Part shown: positions 60,834 through 64,000 of the stretch, in pieces
How positions within the stretch are numbered: position 1 is the first letter of the stretch
Layout of the letters: each line of letters begins with the position of its first letter
Program-made: the position numbers and the translations under genes
NCBI RefSeq assembly: GCF_045124755.1
Contig: NZ_JBGVMK010000082.1
DNA: 64,000 bases
Direction: 5' to 3' (one strand)
Source: Succinimonas sp.
Lineage (GTDB): Bacteria > Pseudomonadota > Gammaproteobacteria > Enterobacterales > Succinivibrionaceae
The notes under the pieces: model-generated
What the model saw: the letters and a program-made list of their open reading frames with translations, nothing else
Told to the model about the DNA's origin: nothing
Database searches by the model: none

Positions 60834-61385
60834 TCAGTCATACGCCCGGGCAAGAACCTCCTTGCCGTGGCTTTTCAGCCATTTCTCGCACTCCCAGTAT
60901 TCCGGAAAGTATTTAACGCACATCTCATAAAAATCCCGGCTGTGATTCATATGCACCCGGTGACTCAGTTCATGAACCACAATGGCATCCCTGACCTTAA
61001 CCGGAGCCAGCATGAGCAGGATATTAAGGGAAATGTTGCCATCGGAGCTGCAGGATCCCCAGCGGGATTTCATAAGCTTAAAGGTAACCCTGCGAACCTT
61101 AATCTGCATAAGATCAGCATAATACCGCACCCGGGGAGCAATCTCCTTCAGAGCTTCCTGTCCCAGCATGTTTAGTTCCGGCACCGACATAGTGGCAGCC
61201 GGAGCAGCATTCTTTGCCGTATGGCTTGCGACCCAGTCAGCATGGCTGTCGATGAACTCCATGATTTTCTCATCAGGACAGCGATACGGACACCGCACCT
61301 CCGGCCGTCCTCCGAGGGATATGTAAAGACCTAAAGTTTTTCTGCGGGGATTTCTGACTATGGGGATCCCTTTGTATTCCTGCAT
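60834..61385 (-). CDS. YgjP-like M48/DUF45 family metal-dependent hydrolase
   Basis: RWGSCS....I.LN..L......D..VVHELSHRVHMNHSRDFY (HExxH). Confidence 0.8.
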   Translation of the reverse strand: MQEYKGIPIVRNPRRKTLGLYISLGGRPEVRCPYRCPDEKIMEFIDSHADWVASHTAKNAAPAATMSVPELNMLGQEALKEIAPRVRYYADLMQIKVRRVTFKLMKSRWGSCSSDGNISLNILLMLAPVKVRDAIVVHELSHRVHMNHSRDFYEMCVKYFPEYWECEKWLKSHGKEVLARAYD

Positions 61386-61404
61386 TGGTTCTTCCTGATT
61401 TCCT

Positions 61405-61434
61405 AAAATAAAAAGGCCGGAAACTTGTCCGGCC
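61405..61434 (-). terminator. Rho-independent terminator of groESL
   Basis: The minus strand reads GGCCGGA-CAAGTT-TCCGGCC followed by TTTTTATTTT. Confidence 0.85.
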
Positions 61435-61473
61435 CCTCATTACCCAAAATTACAGCAAGCTAACAGCCTGATA

Positions 61474-63144
<1,671 letters not shown>

Positions 63145-63178
63145 TTACAGCGGCGGGGTTTATAAAAACCTGTTTAAA

Positions 63179-63472
63179 TCAGTCCTCGATAACTGCAAGA
63201 ATATCGCTTTCAGACATGATAAGAACTTCTTCGCCGTCAAGCTTTTCTTTCTTAACGCCGTAGCCTTCGTTGAAAACTACCTTGTCGCCAACCTTAACAC
63301 CCATGGGAAGAACAGTGCCGTTATCAAGAACACGACCGGCGCCTACGGCAATAACCTCGCCGCGGGTGGATTTATCAACAGCAGCGCCAGTGAGAAGAAT
63401 GCCGCCGGAAGACTTGGCCTCAACCTCGGTACGCTTAACAATAACACGGTCATGTAAAGGACGAATTGTCAT
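63179..63472 (-). CDS. groES: Co-chaperonin GroES
   Basis: [24 protein letters not shown] is canonical GroES. Confidence 0.98.
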   Translation of the reverse strand: MTIRPLHDRVIVKRTEVEAKSSGGILLTGAAVDKSTRGEVIAVGAGRVLDNGTVLPMGVKVGDKVVFNEGYGVKKEKLDGEEVLIMSESDILAVIED

Positions 63473-63564
63473 ATTCTCTATGTGGTCAAAGTTTAAATCC
63501 TTTGAACCGCCTCCAAACTAAAAATCAAAACCGGTATCAAACCGACAAACTAACACTACCCCTT

Positions 63565-63593
63565 ATGTGGGGACTTCAATACGATAATTCAAG
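63565..63593 (-). promoter_or_regulatory. Sigma-32 (heat-shock) promoter of groESL
   Basis: The minus strand reads CTTGAAT (63593-63587), a 14-nt spacer, then CCCCACAT (63572-63565). The consensus is CTTGAAA-N13-15-CCCCATNT. It lies about 95 nt upstream of the groES ATG. Confidence 0.8.
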
Positions 63594-63866
63594 AGTCCGG
63601 CAAAAATTTTTAACTATTTCGGGAGCGGAACCTAAAAGGCACTGGAAGTTACTATTCACAGCCCGTCAGAGCCCCTGTAAATGGTTAAAAATTGTACAGC
63701 ATTCAAGGGGCAGAATGATGCCAAAGACTCACGTGGGCGATCTCTTAGAGACCGTCCATGCGGGAGGTAAAGTTCTCTGGTTACGGGGATGCGATCGGGC
63801 AGCCGGGATCGGACAGTCAATCCGATCGGCAAGTCCCTTGCAGTTGTCAGATTGGTCGTTGATTGA

Positions 63867-64000
63867 TCATTTTTCTTCTCCCGGCCGAGGAGGAGTATCC
63901 GGTTCTGGATGGGGAGTTCCTGGTTCCTCCAGAAGAGTGTCTTGTTTTGGCCGGGGAGTCTCCGGTTCTGCCGGAGGAGTATCAGGTTTTGACCGGGGAG
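63867..64000 (-). CDS. 3' end of an unidentified gene encoding a proline-rich repeat C-terminus (5' part outside the window)
   Basis: My minus-strand translation is ...PRSKPDTPPAEPETPRPKQDTLLEEPGTPHPEPDTPPRPGEEK*, with the stop at 63869-63867. It is open to the window edge. The underlying DNA shows imperfect repeats. Confidence 0.4.
   Translation of the reverse strand, partial: PRSKPDTPPAEPETPRPKQDTLLEEPGTPHPEPDTPPRPGEEK

Overview
This is a 64 kb chromosomal window from a Gammaproteobacterium. The gene content (Na+-NQR, Crp, type IV pilus pilMNOPQ, a DamX-like protein, E. coli-like yajL/panE/yajQ/thiI/xseB-ispA-dxs neighbourhoods) points that way. An Aeromonadales/Succinivibrionaceae-like gut anaerobe is my guess only. 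Most of the window is conserved housekeeping DNA: nqrB'-nqrA, ampG, yajQ, dxs-ispA-xseB, panE, yajL, thiI, slyD, yheS-rlmJ, a minor-pilin operon, a plsC-like gene, crp, argD, an MFP-RND efflux pair, trpS-gph-rpe-damX-aroB-aroK, pilQPONM, mrcA, a PAS-GGDEF-EAL gene, a ygjP-like gene and groEL-groES. The accessory part is a visibly AT-rich island of about 16 kb (about 11.4-27.7 kb) inserted between yajL and thiI. It encodes a Wzx/Wzy-type polysaccharide locus: a WbaP-like initiating transferase, Wzy, two GT2 glycosyltransferases, Wzx, and an FdtA/FdtB-like pair for a dTDP-3-amino-3,6-dideoxyhexose. It also carries a tightly coupled five-gene FkbH-like/ACP/MaoC-dehydratase/SDR/GNAT cassette. I interpret this cassette as an ACP-dependent route to an unusual (glyceryl- or lactyl-type) N-acyl group on the amino sugar, and it is the best candidate here for undescribed chemistry. 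A decayed IS66-family transposase of host-like GC and a 1.35 kb ORF-free, repeat-bearing scar split the island. Other oddities:
- SlyD has an unusually long tail with four CC(C)HHH clusters.
- dam is missing from the otherwise conserved damX-(dam)-rpe operon.
- The efflux pump genes abut trpS.
- The minor-pilin operon lacks pilY1.
- An orphan AAA-ATPase-like gene is truncated.

I saw no rRNA, tRNA or CRISPR array by eye. All similarity calls come from reading the translated ORFs from memory of the families. No searches were run.
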